DNA of 28,247 nt from an uncultured Dehalococcoidaceae bacterium (GCA_964489415.1 CAZAYK010000001.1:7324-35570); one strand, 5' to 3'; numbered from the stretch's first letter, positions 1 through 9,749 are shown. Numbers and translations: made by a program. Notes: a model not told the origin generated them from the sequence alone.

Positions 1-1084
1 CCGCCAGCTGCGTTACCCCGGGGATGTTTAGGGCAACCTCGGCTTCCAGAACTGGGAAGGGAGATAGCACCGCCGGGTCAGTACCTAACAGGTATCTATC
101 GTATTCTATGGTAAAGGCTAGTCCTTGCGGCAGGGCGATTTTCCTCCCCGCCGGCTTGTTTAGGGCGTTGATTAGCTGTTCAATGTGGCTGGCTTCAATG
201 TCCTTGAGATTCCCTAACAGCTTCTCCAGGCAGGTGCGGAGCAGGTGCCGCTGGAGCACCACATTTAGTTGACATAATCTTTCTTTGTTGAGGATGATGG
301 TGTTGTCTTGCTGGGCAACCACTTCATGCCACAGTTTGCTGACCTCTTGGTCAAGGAAGGCAAGTTCGTCTCTGGCGAGGCGGGCAGTCCGCAGCAATGC
401 TTCGGTTACCTGCGGGTTGTAGCTCTGAAGCAGCGGTAAGAGCTGCTGGCGGATTCTGTTTCTCAGCGGTGACAGTGACAGGTTGGAGGTATCCACCCGG
501 GGCATAAGCTGGTGCTGGTGACAGTAAGCGGCGGTTTCCCCTCGGCTTATCTCCAGTAGCGGGCGGATGATAGTCAGTTTATTCCCGGCATATTGCCAGC
601 AGCTGATTGGTTGCAGCCCTCGCAACCCCCGGGTGCCACTGCCCCGGATGAGGTGCATCAGTATTGTTTCCACCTGATCGTCAACGGTGTGCCCCACGGC
701 AAGGCGCTCCGCCCCGATAGACTTGGCCACCTCAGCCAGGAAGGTGTAGCGCACCTCACGGGCCGCTTCTTCTAGGGAAAGCCGGTGCTGGGTTTGGTAG
801 GCGGTTACGTCACGGCGCTCAATGGTGGCCGGGATGCCCCATTGCTTGGCCAGGTTACCCACAAAGCGGGCATCAGCCTCAGCCTCAGCACCGCGTAGCT
901 GGTGGTTGAGGTGAGCAGCATGCAGGCTGATGCCCAGTTGCTTGCGCAGTTTATTAAGAACGTGGAGCAGGCACACTGAATCCGGGCCGCCGGATACGGC
1001 CACCACCAGCTTGGCTTGCCCTTCAAGCAGGCGGTGCTGCTGGATGAAGCGCAACACGCGTTGTGGTAAGGTTAGTTGTGTCAT
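1..1084 (-). CDS. tilS: tRNA(Ile)-lysidine synthetase, 3'-truncated by the window edge
   Basis: Not in the ORF track because no stop lies in the window. My translation from ATG 1084 gives MTQLTLPQRVLRFIQQHRLL...VVAVSGGPDSVCLLH (PP-loop SGGxDS), AHLNHQLRG, EEAAREVRY, VGHTVDDQVETILMHLIRGSG, IRPLL, DTSN and RNRIR. The frame continues to position 2. Confidence 0.95.
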   Translation of the reverse strand, partial: MTQLTLPQRVLRFIQQHRLLEGQAKLVVAVSGGPDSVCLLHVLNKLRKQLGISLHAAHLNHQLRGAEAEADARFVGNLAKQWGIPATIERRDVTAYQTQHRLSLEEAAREVRYTFLAEVAKSIGAERLAVGHTVDDQVETILMHLIRGSGTRGLRGLQPISCWQYAGNKLTIIRPLLEISRGETAAYCHQHQLMPRVDTSNLSLSPLRNRIRQQLLPLLQSYNPQVTEALLRTARLARDELAFLDQEVSKLWHEVVAQQDNTIILNKERLCQLNVVLQRHLLRTCLEKLLGNLKDIEASHIEQLINALNKPAGRKIALPQGLAFTIEYDRYLLGTDPAVLSPFPVLEAEVALNIPGVTQLA

Positions 1085-1095
1085 TGGCGGATGGG

Positions 1096-1743
1096 TCAGC
1101 TTGTCTTTAGAATAAGTTTGGTGCGGTGGATGGACTGGGGATAATCGGCAAAGCCCAGGGCCAGAGTCACCTGCTCCGGCCTGCCCGAACCGCGATTATC
1201 ACAGCGCAGGCTCATCCCTATCGTGCAGTAGCCGGGGTGCCAGTCAATGAGCCAGAGGTCATCAATTAGCGCCCTCAGGTCATAGTGATGGGGGCCGGTG
1301 TCCCTCTGGTGCTGCCAGGGCAGGTGCTCCACGGCCAGCAGCGAGGTGATGGCTGATTCTATTTCCTGTTGCCCCCGGCTGGTCTGCATGACCACTTCAT
1401 ATTCGGCATAGCTGACTTGAGATTGTAGGGAGGGCAGGGTGAGGGGTATGGGGTGCACTTGGAGGAGTTCAATGCCGGGAGGTAGCTGCCGGCTTACCAC
1501 GGTGGTAAAGGCATGGGGTGACATCCATTTCCCCAGAAGGACATCCATTAGCTCGGCTTCGCTGGTAACACCTAGGGGGAGGGGCGCCGCCAGGGAGATT
1601 TTGGGATGGGGGTTAAATCCCTCGGAGTAAGCCAGGGGGATTCCCGCCCGGACAAACACCCGCTGCCACAGGCGCATCAGATCAAGGTGGGAGATGAACT
1701 TGACCTCTTCCCCGCGGCAAAACCGGATACGCAACCGTTGCAT
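1096..1743 (-). CDS. TIGR03936/DUF2344 family radical-SAM-associated protein (stand-alone)
   Basis: N-terminus RLRIRF.RG..VKFISHLDLMR.W.R...RAGIPLAYSEGFNPHPKISLA.PLPLGV.SEAE is typical of DUF2344; C-terminal GSGRPE. Confidence 0.85.
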   Translation of the reverse strand: MQRLRIRFCRGEEVKFISHLDLMRLWQRVFVRAGIPLAYSEGFNPHPKISLAAPLPLGVTSEAELMDVLLGKWMSPHAFTTVVSRQLPPGIELLQVHPIPLTLPSLQSQVSYAEYEVVMQTSRGQQEIESAITSLLAVEHLPWQHQRDTGPHHYDLRALIDDLWLIDWHPGYCTIGMSLRCDNRGSGRPEQVTLALGFADYPQSIHRTKLILKTS

Positions 1744-1784
1744 GTTCTTCCTTATCCATTAGGGTAGTGGCTTGTTTATTTTCG

Positions 1785-3098
1785 CTAGGTTTTGTTTTTG
1801 GCTTGGCTCTTGGTCTTCGGCTCACCCTTCTTGGCGGCTATTGCCTGGCGTTCCTTAGTCAGCAGGATTTTCTCGATTTTCATTCCCCGCATTTCGGTGA
1901 TTACTATCTTCAGCCCCTTATAGCGTAGCTGCTCGTTGGGTTGGGGGATATGCCCCAGCAGGTTGAGGATAAACCCGGCCACCGTTTCATAGTCCTCACC
2001 CTCGGGTAAATCCAGCCCCATCTCTTCATTGGCTTCTTCGATGCGCATGTTGCCATCAATCTGGAAGGTGTATTCATTGATGACCTCGAAGTCCTTTTCC
2101 ACGGCAGCCAGCTCATCACCTACCTCACCGACAATTTCTTCAACGAGGCGGCTGAGGCTGACCACGCCGGCAGTGCCGCCGTACTCATCAACCACCACGC
2201 ACATGCGGTAGTTTTTATCCCGCATTTCCACAAAGAGCTCGTCAATATGCTTGGAATCAGGGGCGAAGTACGCCGGGCGGACAAGGTCATCAATGGTGCT
2301 CTCCTCGGTAACATTGCCCTTGGCCAGAGCCATGAGGACATCCTTCACCGAGAGGATGCCGATGACATTATCCATGTTTTCTTTATAGACGGGGAAGCGG
2401 GACAGGGGTGATTGGGTATATAGTTTGAGGAAGTCGGCGATGGTGGAGCCCTGCTCAATGGAGACGACCTCGGGGCGGGGCACCATGACCTCGCGGACGG
2501 GACGGTCGCCAAACTCAAAGACCCTGTGCAGCATCTTGGCTTCATGTTCCTCAACAGTGCCCTCTTTGTGCCCCACAGAAATCATGGTGCGGATCTCATC
2601 GGGGCTGGCCAGCAGTTTGGAGGGGGGTGTTCCCCCGATTAGTTTGGTAACCCCGGAGGCAATCCAGCTCAGGATGATGACGAACGGGGTAAGCAGCCAG
2701 GCGATGGTCTCGATGGGTCGGACGAAGGCTAGCGATAGCTTCTCGGCATGCTGGGTGGCCAGGGTCTTGGGGGTGGTTTCGGCAAATATCAGCAGGATAA
2801 TGGTGACGCCAATAGTGGCAATGAGGATGCCGCGCTCTCCCCATACCGCCACCGCCAGCACCGTGCCCAGAGCAGCGGCCGCGGTGTTCACCAGATTGTT
2901 GCCCAGCAGGATGGTGGACAGTAGCTTTTCTGGTTTCTCCAGCATTCGGGCGACACGGCTAGCCCCCCGAACGTTTCTTTCAATCAGGTGCTCTAACCTT
3001 ATCCTCTGCACGGCAATAAAGGCAGTTTCCGAGCTGGAAAAGAAGGCAGAAAGCAAGAGGCAGACGATGAAGAGTGCTAGATAGGCCTCAGTGGACAT
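1785..3098 (-). CDS. Hemolysin-family/CNNM (DUF21)-CBS-CorC_HlyC membrane protein, probable Mg2+/Co2+ transport
   Basis: LSAFFSSSETAF, LSTILLGNNLVN, FAETTPKTLA (DUF21); VREVMVPR, SRFPVY, VVDEYGGTAGVVS (CBS pair); YETVAGFIL (CorC_HlyC). Confidence 0.92.
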   Translation of the reverse strand: MSTEAYLALFIVCLLLSAFFSSSETAFIAVQRIRLEHLIERNVRGASRVARMLEKPEKLLSTILLGNNLVNTAAAALGTVLAVAVWGERGILIATIGVTIILLIFAETTPKTLATQHAEKLSLAFVRPIETIAWLLTPFVIILSWIASGVTKLIGGTPPSKLLASPDEIRTMISVGHKEGTVEEHEAKMLHRVFEFGDRPVREVMVPRPEVVSIEQGSTIADFLKLYTQSPLSRFPVYKENMDNVIGILSVKDVLMALAKGNVTEESTIDDLVRPAYFAPDSKHIDELFVEMRDKNYRMCVVVDEYGGTAGVVSLSRLVEEIVGEVGDELAAVEKDFEVINEYTFQIDGNMRIEEANEEMGLDLPEGEDYETVAGFILNLLGHIPQPNEQLRYKGLKIVITEMRGMKIEKILLTKERQAIAAKKGEPKTKSQAKNKT

Positions 3099-3137
3099 AG
3101 ACTATCACCACACTAATGCAAGACTCCCCTCGCCATA

Positions 3138-3166
3138 ATCATAGCATTGGTGTAAGGGGGTGTCAA
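3138..3166 (-). promoter_or_regulatory. sigma70-type promoter for CNNM-DUF2344-tilS
   Basis: Minus strand TTGACA (3166-3161), 17 bp spacer, TGc then TATGAT (3143-3138); 40 bp upstream of ATG 3098. Confidence 0.75.
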
Positions 3167-3194
3167 AAAGAGGGTTTAGGAGGGGCCTCTTCCC
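3164..3194 (-). terminator. Possible weak intrinsic terminator after nrdJ
   Basis: Minus strand GGGAAGAGG-12 nt-CCTCTTTTT; large loop and short U run that abuts the next -35. Confidence 0.25.
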
Positions 3195-3208
3195 CAGTTA
3201 ATTCCTCC

Positions 3209-5761
3209 CTAACACCTGGTATACCCGCATGCCGGGCAGATGAAGCAGCCCTCCTGGTAGACGAGCATATTGCTGCATTCCGGGCACTGCCCCGCCAGAT
3301 TCTTGGCTAGCCCGTAGTCCTCCAGCTGGGGCTTGGCCTCATCGCCGGTGGTGTGCTTTTCCAGCACGCTGGCAATGGCATCAGCGCAGGAAAGGATGGA
3401 TTTCCCTTCTTCCCAGGCAATGGAGGGGCAGCGGATGCCGCGCAGTTGCTTGACAATTGACGCTACATCCACCCCTGACCTCAGGGCTAGGGAGATGAGG
3501 CGGGAGGTGGCTTCCAGCTGGGCGGAGGCGCAGCCACCGGCTTTACCCAGTGCCGAGAAGACCTCACATATCCCCTGCTCGTCAGAGTTTACTGTTACGT
3601 AGAGGGTGCCACAGCCGGTGGTTACCCGTTCGGTGATGCCGGTGGTTACCTTGGCTCGCTTGCGTGGGGTGCGCATGCTGGTTTCTGCCTTATCTTGCTT
3701 GCCGGTGGTGAGCACCTGGGCGTCACGGCTCCGGTCACGGTAGATGGTAATCCCTTTGAGACCCTCCTCATAGGCGAGCATGTACACCCGGGCAACGTCT
3801 TCCCGGGTTGCCTCTCGGGGGAAGTTGACCGTCTTGGAGACGGCATTATCCGTTGACCTCTGAAAGGCGGCCTGCATCCGGATATGCCACTCCGGGGTAA
3901 TCTCATGGGCGGTGACAAACACCCGTTTGATTTCTTCGGGGACGCCGTCAATATCGCTGAGGTGCTCACCGTCAGCCAGCCTCTGCATCAGTTCCTCAGA
4001 GTAAAAGCCTCCCTTCCGGGCGGCTTCCTCAAAATAGGGGTTTACCTCGGTCAATCGGGCACCGTCTAGGATATTCTTGGTATAGCTCAGGGCAAAGAGT
4101 GGCTCGATGCCGCTGGAGCAACCGGCGATCAGACTCAGCGTCCCGGTGGGGGCAATGGTGGTGCGGGTGGCATTCCTGACCCGGGGGCCGCCGGGGACAT
4201 CGTAGATGCTTCCGGCAAAGGCAGGGAAGACGCCACGCTCCTCGGCTAACTCCACTGAGGCTTTGGTCGCCTCGTCATTGATGAAGCGCATAACCTCAGT
4301 GGCAACCTGCAATGCCTCCTCGGAGTTGTAGGGGATGCCCAGCTTGATCAGCATATCGGCAAAGCCCATTATCCCCAGCCCGATCTTCCTGGTCTTCTTG
4401 GTCATCTCCTCGATCTGAGGTAGCGGGAATTGGTTAACGTCAATAACATTGTCCAGAAACCTGACCGCGGTCTTTACCGTCTGCGCCAGCTTGGGATAGT
4501 CGATCTCGGCGGTGCCCTTGGTGGTGCGCAGCATCTTGGTCAGGTTGATTGAGGCGAGGTTGCAGGATTCGTAGGGAAGCAGGGGCTGCTCCCCGCAGGG
4601 ATTGGTGCTTTCAATTCTGCCGAGGTGTGGGGTGGGGTTATCCTGATTGACGCGGTCAATGAAGACGATGCCGGGGTCACCGGTTTTCCACGCCATATCA
4701 ACCATTTTGTCAAAGACTTCCCTGGCATTGAGCTTACCGGCTACCTCATTAGTATGGGGATTAATTAGGTCATAGTCCGTGCCTGCCTTGACCGCTTCCA
4801 TAAATTCGGCGGTTACCGCTACGGAAATATTAAAGTTGGTCAGGGAGGTCATGTCTTCTTTGGAGTGGATGAACTTGAGAATATCGGGGTGGTTGACATT
4901 AAGGATACCCATATTTGCCCCCCGGCGCATGCCCCCCTGTTTGATGACATCGGTGGCGGTATCAAATGCCCGAATGAAGGAAACCGGGCCACTGGCGACA
5001 CCACCGGTGGAACCAACCCGGTCCCTTTCCGGTCTTAATCGGGAGAAGGAAAACCCGGTGCCACCACCACTCTTGTGGATGAGCGCCGTGTACTTTACCG
5101 CATCAAAGATGGACTCCATGGAGTCCTCAACGGGCAGGACAAAGCAGGCGGAGAGCTGCCCCAGTTCCCGGCCGGCATTCATCAGGGTCGGGGAATTGGG
5201 GAGGAATTCCAGATTGGCCATCATCTGGTAGAATTCCTCCTCCCTGGCGGTGACATCCGCCTTGGGGTCATAGATGAGCTCGGCGGCAGCCACCGCTTTG
5301 GCCACACGGCGGAACATTTCCTCGGGTGTCTCGATAACGTTTCCTGCTTTATCCTTCTTGAGGTACCTTTTCTGGAGAACATGAAGGGCATTTGGGGTGA
5401 GGTTGATGCTGGGTGCGGCACTAGCCGTTTGATTGATTTTGGTTGGTGTTTCCATCTGAGCCCCTTTCTGCGCTGGTTGTTCAGCATCCAGGATTTCTCT
5501 CACCATAGCCTCAATTTCGGCCTCGGTGGGCAGGGGTCGGCGCTGGCGATGCTTGGACACCAGGTGCTCCATCCCCGGTAGTGGCCGTGATGGTGATGAC
5601 TGCGGCTGTTCCAGGCGCTCAATTACCTGTGCCGTAAGCCGTTCAATCAGCTTTCTATCCGGTATTCCCATGGACTCGGCGGCAGCAAAGATGACCTTGG
5701 CAATCTGATTGTGATTGAGCCGAGCTGGTGGTTTATTTTGTCTCTGATTGGCGGTGTTCAT
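3209..5761 (-). CDS. nrdJ: Class II (adenosylcobalamin-dependent) ribonucleotide reductase with fused TSCPD domain and C-terminal Zn ribbon
   Basis: [41 protein letters not shown] (thiyl Cys), [41 protein letters not shown]; C-terminal LSCAD and CPEC...[13 protein letters not shown] overlap with the nrdR stop. Confidence 0.95.
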   Translation of the reverse strand: MNTANQRQNKPPARLNHNQIAKVIFAAAESMGIPDRKLIERLTAQVIERLEQPQSSPSRPLPGMEHLVSKHRQRRPLPTEAEIEAMVREILDAEQPAQKGAQMETPTKINQTASAAPSINLTPNALHVLQKRYLKKDKAGNVIETPEEMFRRVAKAVAAAELIYDPKADVTAREEEFYQMMANLEFLPNSPTLMNAGRELGQLSACFVLPVEDSMESIFDAVKYTALIHKSGGGTGFSFSRLRPERDRVGSTGGVASGPVSFIRAFDTATDVIKQGGMRRGANMGILNVNHPDILKFIHSKEDMTSLTNFNISVAVTAEFMEAVKAGTDYDLINPHTNEVAGKLNAREVFDKMVDMAWKTGDPGIVFIDRVNQDNPTPHLGRIESTNPCGEQPLLPYESCNLASINLTKMLRTTKGTAEIDYPKLAQTVKTAVRFLDNVIDVNQFPLPQIEEMTKKTRKIGLGIMGFADMLIKLGIPYNSEEALQVATEVMRFINDEATKASVELAEERGVFPAFAGSIYDVPGGPRVRNATRTTIAPTGTLSLIAGCSSGIEPLFALSYTKNILDGARLTEVNPYFEEAARKGGFYSEELMQRLADGEHLSDIDGVPEEIKRVFVTAHEITPEWHIRMQAAFQRSTDNAVSKTVNFPREATREDVARVYMLAYEEGLKGITIYRDRSRDAQVLTTGKQDKAETSMRTPRKRAKVTTGITERVTTGCGTLYVTVNSDEQGICEVFSALGKAGGCASAQLEATSRLISLALRSGVDVASIVKQLRGIRCPSIAWEEGKSILSCADAIASVLEKHTTGDEAKPQLEDYGLAKNLAGQCPECSNMLVYQEGCFICPACGYTRC

Positions 5762-6297
5762 TTCCCTGTTACCGGCTGTCTTTTGGCTAGCTCGGCTAGC
5801 TCTTGTGAAGGGAGCAGGGGTAACTGGCTGGTGGGTGGGGCGGTGCCCGATTCGCTATTGACCAGCGTATCCACTTCTTGCTTTAGCGCGGTGATATCAG
5901 CAAATTCCCGGTAAACACTGGCAAAGCGGATGTAGGCGACATGGTCCAGTTTCTTTAACCCCGCCATCACCATGTCCCCGATGACCTGGCTGGGTATCTC
6001 GGTCTTGCCCAGCCGGTAGAGCCCGGCTTCAATGTCATCAACCAGCCGGTCAACCGCTCCACTGGGGAGCGGGCGTTTTTCACAAGCCTTGAGTATGCCA
6101 GCGAGCAGCTTGTTTCGGCTGAATCCCTCACGCCTCTGGTCCTTCTTGATGATAAACAAGCCGGCGGGCTGGACTCGCTCATAGGTGGTGAAACGAGCCT
6201 GACACTTCAAGCACTGGCGCCGCCGGCGGATGCCATCGTTGATATTGCGAGAGTCAATAACCTTAGAATCATAGTAACCACAATAGGGACAGTTCAT
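5758..6297 (-). CDS. nrdR: Transcriptional repressor NrdR
   Basis: MNCPYC...SKVIDSR...[19 protein letters not shown] Zn ribbon, ATP cone, and [16 protein letters not shown]. Confidence 0.97.
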   Translation of the reverse strand: MNCPYCGYYDSKVIDSRNINDGIRRRRQCLKCQARFTTYERVQPAGLFIIKKDQRREGFSRNKLLAGILKACEKRPLPSGAVDRLVDDIEAGLYRLGKTEIPSQVIGDMVMAGLKKLDHVAYIRFASVYREFADITALKQEVDTLVNSESGTAPPTSQLPLLPSQELAELAKRQPVTGK

Positions 6298-6306
6298 GGT
6301 ACCGCT

Positions 6307-6353
6307 CTACTTTATATAGGGTCGGAACAATAAGGTAGCACAATATATGGGGT
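6307..6353. promoter_or_regulatory. Two tandem NrdR boxes (6307-6322 and 6338-6353)
   Basis: Minus strand ACCCTATATAAAGTAG and ACCCCATATATTGTGC versus consensus acaCwAtATaTwGtgt; starts are 31 bp apart; directly upstream of nrdR-nrdJ. Confidence 0.85.
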
Positions 6354-6360
6354 TTGTCAA
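6332..6360 (-). promoter_or_regulatory. sigma70-type promoter of nrdR-nrdJ
   Basis: TTGACA (6360-6355), 17 bp spacer, TGc then TACCTT (6337-6332); the upstream NrdR box fills the spacer. Confidence 0.75.
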
Positions 6361-6427
6361 GATGTTTTTCTAGGTAACCGGGATCATTTTCCCGGAAAAT
6401 TTTTTAAAAAATTTTTGATGGGCGGGC

Positions 6428-6456
6428 TTTACCTGAGGTGCGGTAAAGAGTATGAT
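6428..6456 (+). promoter_or_regulatory. sigma70-type promoter of folC
   Basis: TTTACC (6428-6433), 17 bp spacer, TATGAT (6451-6456). Confidence 0.55.
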
Positions 6457-6481
6457 AGGTTAGTGTCTTAACTAGGGCGTT

Positions 6482-7792
6482 ATGGATTATCAGGAGGCTC
6501 TGGACTATATTCTAAAGTTTGCCGATTATGAGCGCCAGCCACGCTCAGCGGTGGTCTTTGATCTGAGGCGTGTTGAGCTGCTGCTGGAGAGGTTGGGTAA
6601 TCCCCAAAAAGCTGCCAGGTCAATCCATGTTGCCGGCACCAAGGGGAAGGGCAGCACGGCGGCGATGATTGCTACCATCTTAACCCGTGCCGGCTATCGG
6701 GTGGGGCTTTACACCTCTCCCCATCTGCTCAGTTTCACGGAAAGGATACAGGTCAGTGGTAAACCGATAGCTGAAGATGCCTTTGCCCGGCTGACCCAGC
6801 TTCTTCAACCGGAGGTTGAGGCGGTCAATCGTGATGGAACCTTTGGGGAACTCACCACCTTTGAGCTGCTAACTGCGCTGGCTTTTGCCTATTTCCGGGA
6901 GATGGGGGTTGATTATCAGGTGGTGGAGGTTGGGCTGGGGGGTAGACTTGATGCCACCAATGTGGTCCAGCCGATGGTTGCCGTCATCACTTCAATAAGC
7001 TATGACCATACCGATGTGTTGGGTGATACCCTCACCAAGATAGCCACCGAGAAGGCGGGCATTATCAAGCCGGGCAGCACCGTGGTCTGCTCCCCTCAAT
7101 TCCCCGAGGCCATGGCGGTAATCAAAGGGGTGTGCCGGGAGCGAGGTGCCCGGCTGGTCCCGGTGGATAGTCAGTGCTGGCAGCGGACGGCGTTTACCCC
7201 GGAAGGGCAGTCATTTACCCTTAAGGGGCGGCATGGCGAATATAATTTAACCATTCCCCTGCTCGGCGAGCATCAACTGGAGAATGCGGCAGTGGCGGTT
7301 AGCGTGGTTGAGGTGATGACTGAGATGGGGGTGAAGATAGCGCCGGCAAGTATCACCGCCGGGCTGGCCAATGTGTACTGGCCGGGGCGGTTGCAGATAG
7401 TGCATCGCCAACCCTGGGTGATTGTTGATGGTGCCCACAATGCTTACTCAGCGAGGCGACTGGGGGAAGCCCTCCGGCAATATTTTCCCTTTGACCGGCT
7501 GATTCTTATCTTCGGTGCTTCTTCGGACAAGCAGGTGGGGGGAATGGTTGCCCAGCTCGCCCCTTTGGCTAGGGAGGTTGTCGTTACCCGTTCCCGTCAC
7601 CCCCGTGCCGTAGCCCCGGCGGTGCTGGTAAGTGAATTTTCAACGTGGGGGACGGTTACCGAGGTAGCCGGGAGTGTTGCCGCCGCCGTGGAGTTGGCCT
7701 TGGCCAAGGCCAAGCCCCAGGACCTTATCTGCGCCACGGGCTCCATCTTCGTCATCGCCGAGGTAATGGAATATCTGGCGAAGCCGGGCTAG
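6482..7792 (+). CDS. folC: Folylpolyglutamate synthase/dihydrofolate synthase
   Basis: IHVAGTKGKGST, YTSPHL, TTFELLTA, VEVGLGGRLDATNV, ITSISYDHT, EKAGIIK, WPGRLQ, IVDGAHN. Confidence 0.96.
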   Translation: MDYQEALDYILKFADYERQPRSAVVFDLRRVELLLERLGNPQKAARSIHVAGTKGKGSTAAMIATILTRAGYRVGLYTSPHLLSFTERIQVSGKPIAEDAFARLTQLLQPEVEAVNRDGTFGELTTFELLTALAFAYFREMGVDYQVVEVGLGGRLDATNVVQPMVAVITSISYDHTDVLGDTLTKIATEKAGIIKPGSTVVCSPQFPEAMAVIKGVCRERGARLVPVDSQCWQRTAFTPEGQSFTLKGRHGEYNLTIPLLGEHQLENAAVAVSVVEVMTEMGVKIAPASITAGLANVYWPGRLQIVHRQPWVIVDGAHNAYSARRLGEALRQYFPFDRLILIFGASSDKQVGGMVAQLAPLAREVVVTRSRHPRAVAPAVLVSEFSTWGTVTEVAGSVAAAVELALAKAKPQDLICATGSIFVIAEVMEYLAKPG

Positions 7793-8904
7793 GCTGCCGG
7801 GCGGTTAATCTGGGCTTCAATAACTAGGTCAGCACCCCGCCGATAGGTCTTGATAAACGATAGCTTCAAGGCTTGGCGGACATCACTAATATTTAGTTCC
7901 CCCACCGCCTCAATGCCCTTACCCATTATCTTGGGGGCAATGAAGATGACCAGCTTATCCACCAGGTTCAGGCGCAGCAGGGAGGTGATAACTTGTGCCC
8001 CTCCCTCCACCAGCAGTGAAGAAATGCCCCGGTTTCCCAGCATGGGGAGCAACTGCTCCAGGCTAACCTCGCCGTGCTGGTCCGCGTTGATTACCGAAAT
8101 TTCAACCCCCATCTTGCGGAGTTGGGCTACCTTCTTCTCACTGGCGTGAGTGGTGGTGGCGATGATGGTCGGGCTGGTTTCCTGCTCCATGAGTACCTTT
8201 GCCCCCAGCGGGATTCTTAATCGGGAGTCAAGGATGATACGGGTGGGGTTTCTGCCCCTGACCCGGCGCACGGTGAGCTGGGGGTCATCAGCGAGGATGG
8301 TGCCGATACCTACCATGACAGCATCGTGGCTAGCCCGTAGTTTATGGGTCAACTTTAGTGACTCCCCACCACTTATCCACTGGGAGCTCCCGGTGGCGGT
8401 GGCAATCCGTCCGTCTAAGGTCTGGGCAAACTTTACGGTGACGAGGGGTAAGCCGGTGGTCATGTATTTAACGTGGGCTTCATTCAGGGAGCGGCATTCC
8501 TCCTCAAGAACGCCGACGGTGGTCTCGATCCCGTGCTGGCGCAATAGGTCAACACTCTTGCCATTAACCTGGGGATTGGGGTCGAGCATGCCGATGACCA
8601 CCCGGCCGATATTATGCTGAATCAGGGTGTTAACGCAGGGGGGTGTCTTACCGTGGTGGCAGCAGGGCTCCAGGGTGACGTAGATGGTCGCCCCGGCGAC
8701 GCTCTCGTTAGCGTTCTCAATGGCGTTGATTTCAGCATGCTTGCCGCCGAAGTGGTGGTGATAGCCCTGGCCAATAATGCGGTCGCCTTTGACAATGACG
8801 GCGCCCACCATGGGGTTGGGGCTGGTTCTGCCCCGCCCGCGGCGGGCCAGCCGCAGGGCCAGCCTCATGTAATCTTCATCGGTGCGGGTTGGCTTGCTTG
8901 CCAT
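7789..8904 (-). CDS. ribD: Bifunctional diaminohydroxyphosphoribosylaminopyrimidine deaminase/reductase
   Basis: TSPNPMVGAVIV, HAE, TLEPCCHHGKTPPC (Zn deaminase); KFAQTLDGRIA, DAVMVGIGT...DDPQLTVR, LLVEGG (reductase). Confidence 0.97.
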   Translation of the reverse strand: MASKPTRTDEDYMRLALRLARRGRGRTSPNPMVGAVIVKGDRIIGQGYHHHFGGKHAEINAIENANESVAGATIYVTLEPCCHHGKTPPCVNTLIQHNIGRVVIGMLDPNPQVNGKSVDLLRQHGIETTVGVLEEECRSLNEAHVKYMTTGLPLVTVKFAQTLDGRIATATGSSQWISGGESLKLTHKLRASHDAVMVGIGTILADDPQLTVRRVRGRNPTRIILDSRLRIPLGAKVLMEQETSPTIIATTTHASEKKVAQLRKMGVEISVINADQHGEVSLEQLLPMLGNRGISSLLVEGGAQVITSLLRLNLVDKLVIFIAPKIMGKGIEAVGELNISDVRQALKLSFIKTYRRGADLVIEAQINRPAA

Positions 8905-8917
8905 GTTACTTTAGCAC

Positions 8918-8926
8918 AGTATAGCA
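8918..8926 (-). promoter_or_regulatory. Extended -10 promoter of ribD (near-leaderless transcript)
   Basis: TGcTATACT on the minus strand, 13 bp upstream of ATG 8904; no SD; the -35 is weak. Confidence 0.5.
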
Positions 8927-8984
8927 CGCCGGTAGGCGGGATAAAAAGGAGGGGTGAGATTTTTATTGCGCAGCAAGGTTTTTT

Positions 8985-9749
8985 TCACTTGGTGAGGCGC
9001 TTACGCATGGTTACCAGGGTTATGGAGAAGAACAGGGCTGATATGACAAGGATAAGGGCCAGCGCCAGCAGCAGGTCAGGGCTAAATTCCCCGCGAAACA
9101 GCGCCCGGGTGAGGTGGACGGCGGGGGTTAGGGGGGCTATCCAGCTTATTTTCTGCAAAATCTCGGGGAAGGCGGAGAGGGGAAAGAAGACGCCACTCAA
9201 GAAGAACATGGGGCTGATGAACAGGGTAAAGAAGTAATTGAAGCTGTAGATGGCGGGCACAATTGAGGTAAACCACAGGGCGATGGCGGCAAACATGATG
9301 CCTTCAAGGAAGGAAACGAGGGGTATCAATACTGCCCAGGGGGAGGGTACCAGTTGAAAGGCAGCAGCAATGACCAGAATGATGGTACCGGTCATTAATG
9401 AGCGGGTTGCCCCCCAGAAGATCTCCCCGGCGGTAATATCCTCAACATTCAGCGGGGTTGCCAGAATGGCATCATAGGAATACTGAACCTCCATGCGGAT
9501 AAAGCTGGCATAAGTGCATTCGAAGCAGGCGCTGAACATGGCATAGGCGGCAATGATGCCGGGGGCAATGAATTCAATGTATCTCTGGCCATCAACCAGC
9601 CCGATATAGGTACCCAGCCCCATCCCGAAGGCAAGGAGGACAATAATCGGCTCGGCAATAGAGCCCGGTGCCTCAGAATGCCATAACCGGAAGAAGACAT
9701 CGCGGTTGCGCTGCCAGACGCGGATGAAGCGCCAGGAGAAGGGCCTCAT
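8985..9749 (-). CDS. ABC-2 type exporter permease (NodJ-like)
   Basis: About six hydrophobic segments; FIAPGII, YDAILATPL..EDI..GEIFWGA, PMFFLSGVFFP, PLT.AV.L.R. ATGA overlap with the ATPase gene. Confidence 0.9.
   Translation of the reverse strand: MRPFSWRFIRVWQRNRDVFFRLWHSEAPGSIAEPIIVLLAFGMGLGTYIGLVDGQRYIEFIAPGIIAAYAMFSACFECTYASFIRMEVQYSYDAILATPLNVEDITAGEIFWGATRSLMTGTIILVIAAAFQLVPSPWAVLIPLVSFLEGIMFAAIALWFTSIVPAIYSFNYFFTLFISPMFFLSGVFFPLSAFPEILQKISWIAPLTPAVHLTRALFRGEFSPDLLLALALILVISALFFSITLVTMRKRLTK

Noticed and set aside
855-885. CAGCCT tandem repeat
   Set aside because: It simply encodes AEAEA in TilS; too short for a contingency repeat.
2425-3084. 219-aa plus-strand ORF, and similar long ORFs at 8614-9237, 10944-11585, 5075-5581, 9768-10307 and 16297-16770
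   Set aside because: Antisense shadows of well-supported genes in GC-rich DNA; no recognisable motifs or translation signals.
3209-6360. Cobalamin riboswitch or intein associated with nrdJ
   Set aside because: nrdJ overlaps nrdR and the nrdR leader is about 28 nt. The catalytic motifs are normally spaced, with no intein-like insertion.
8905-8984. FMN riboswitch upstream of ribD
   Set aside because: Only 80 bp are available, no RFN-like sequence is seen, and the promoter predicts a near-leaderless mRNA.
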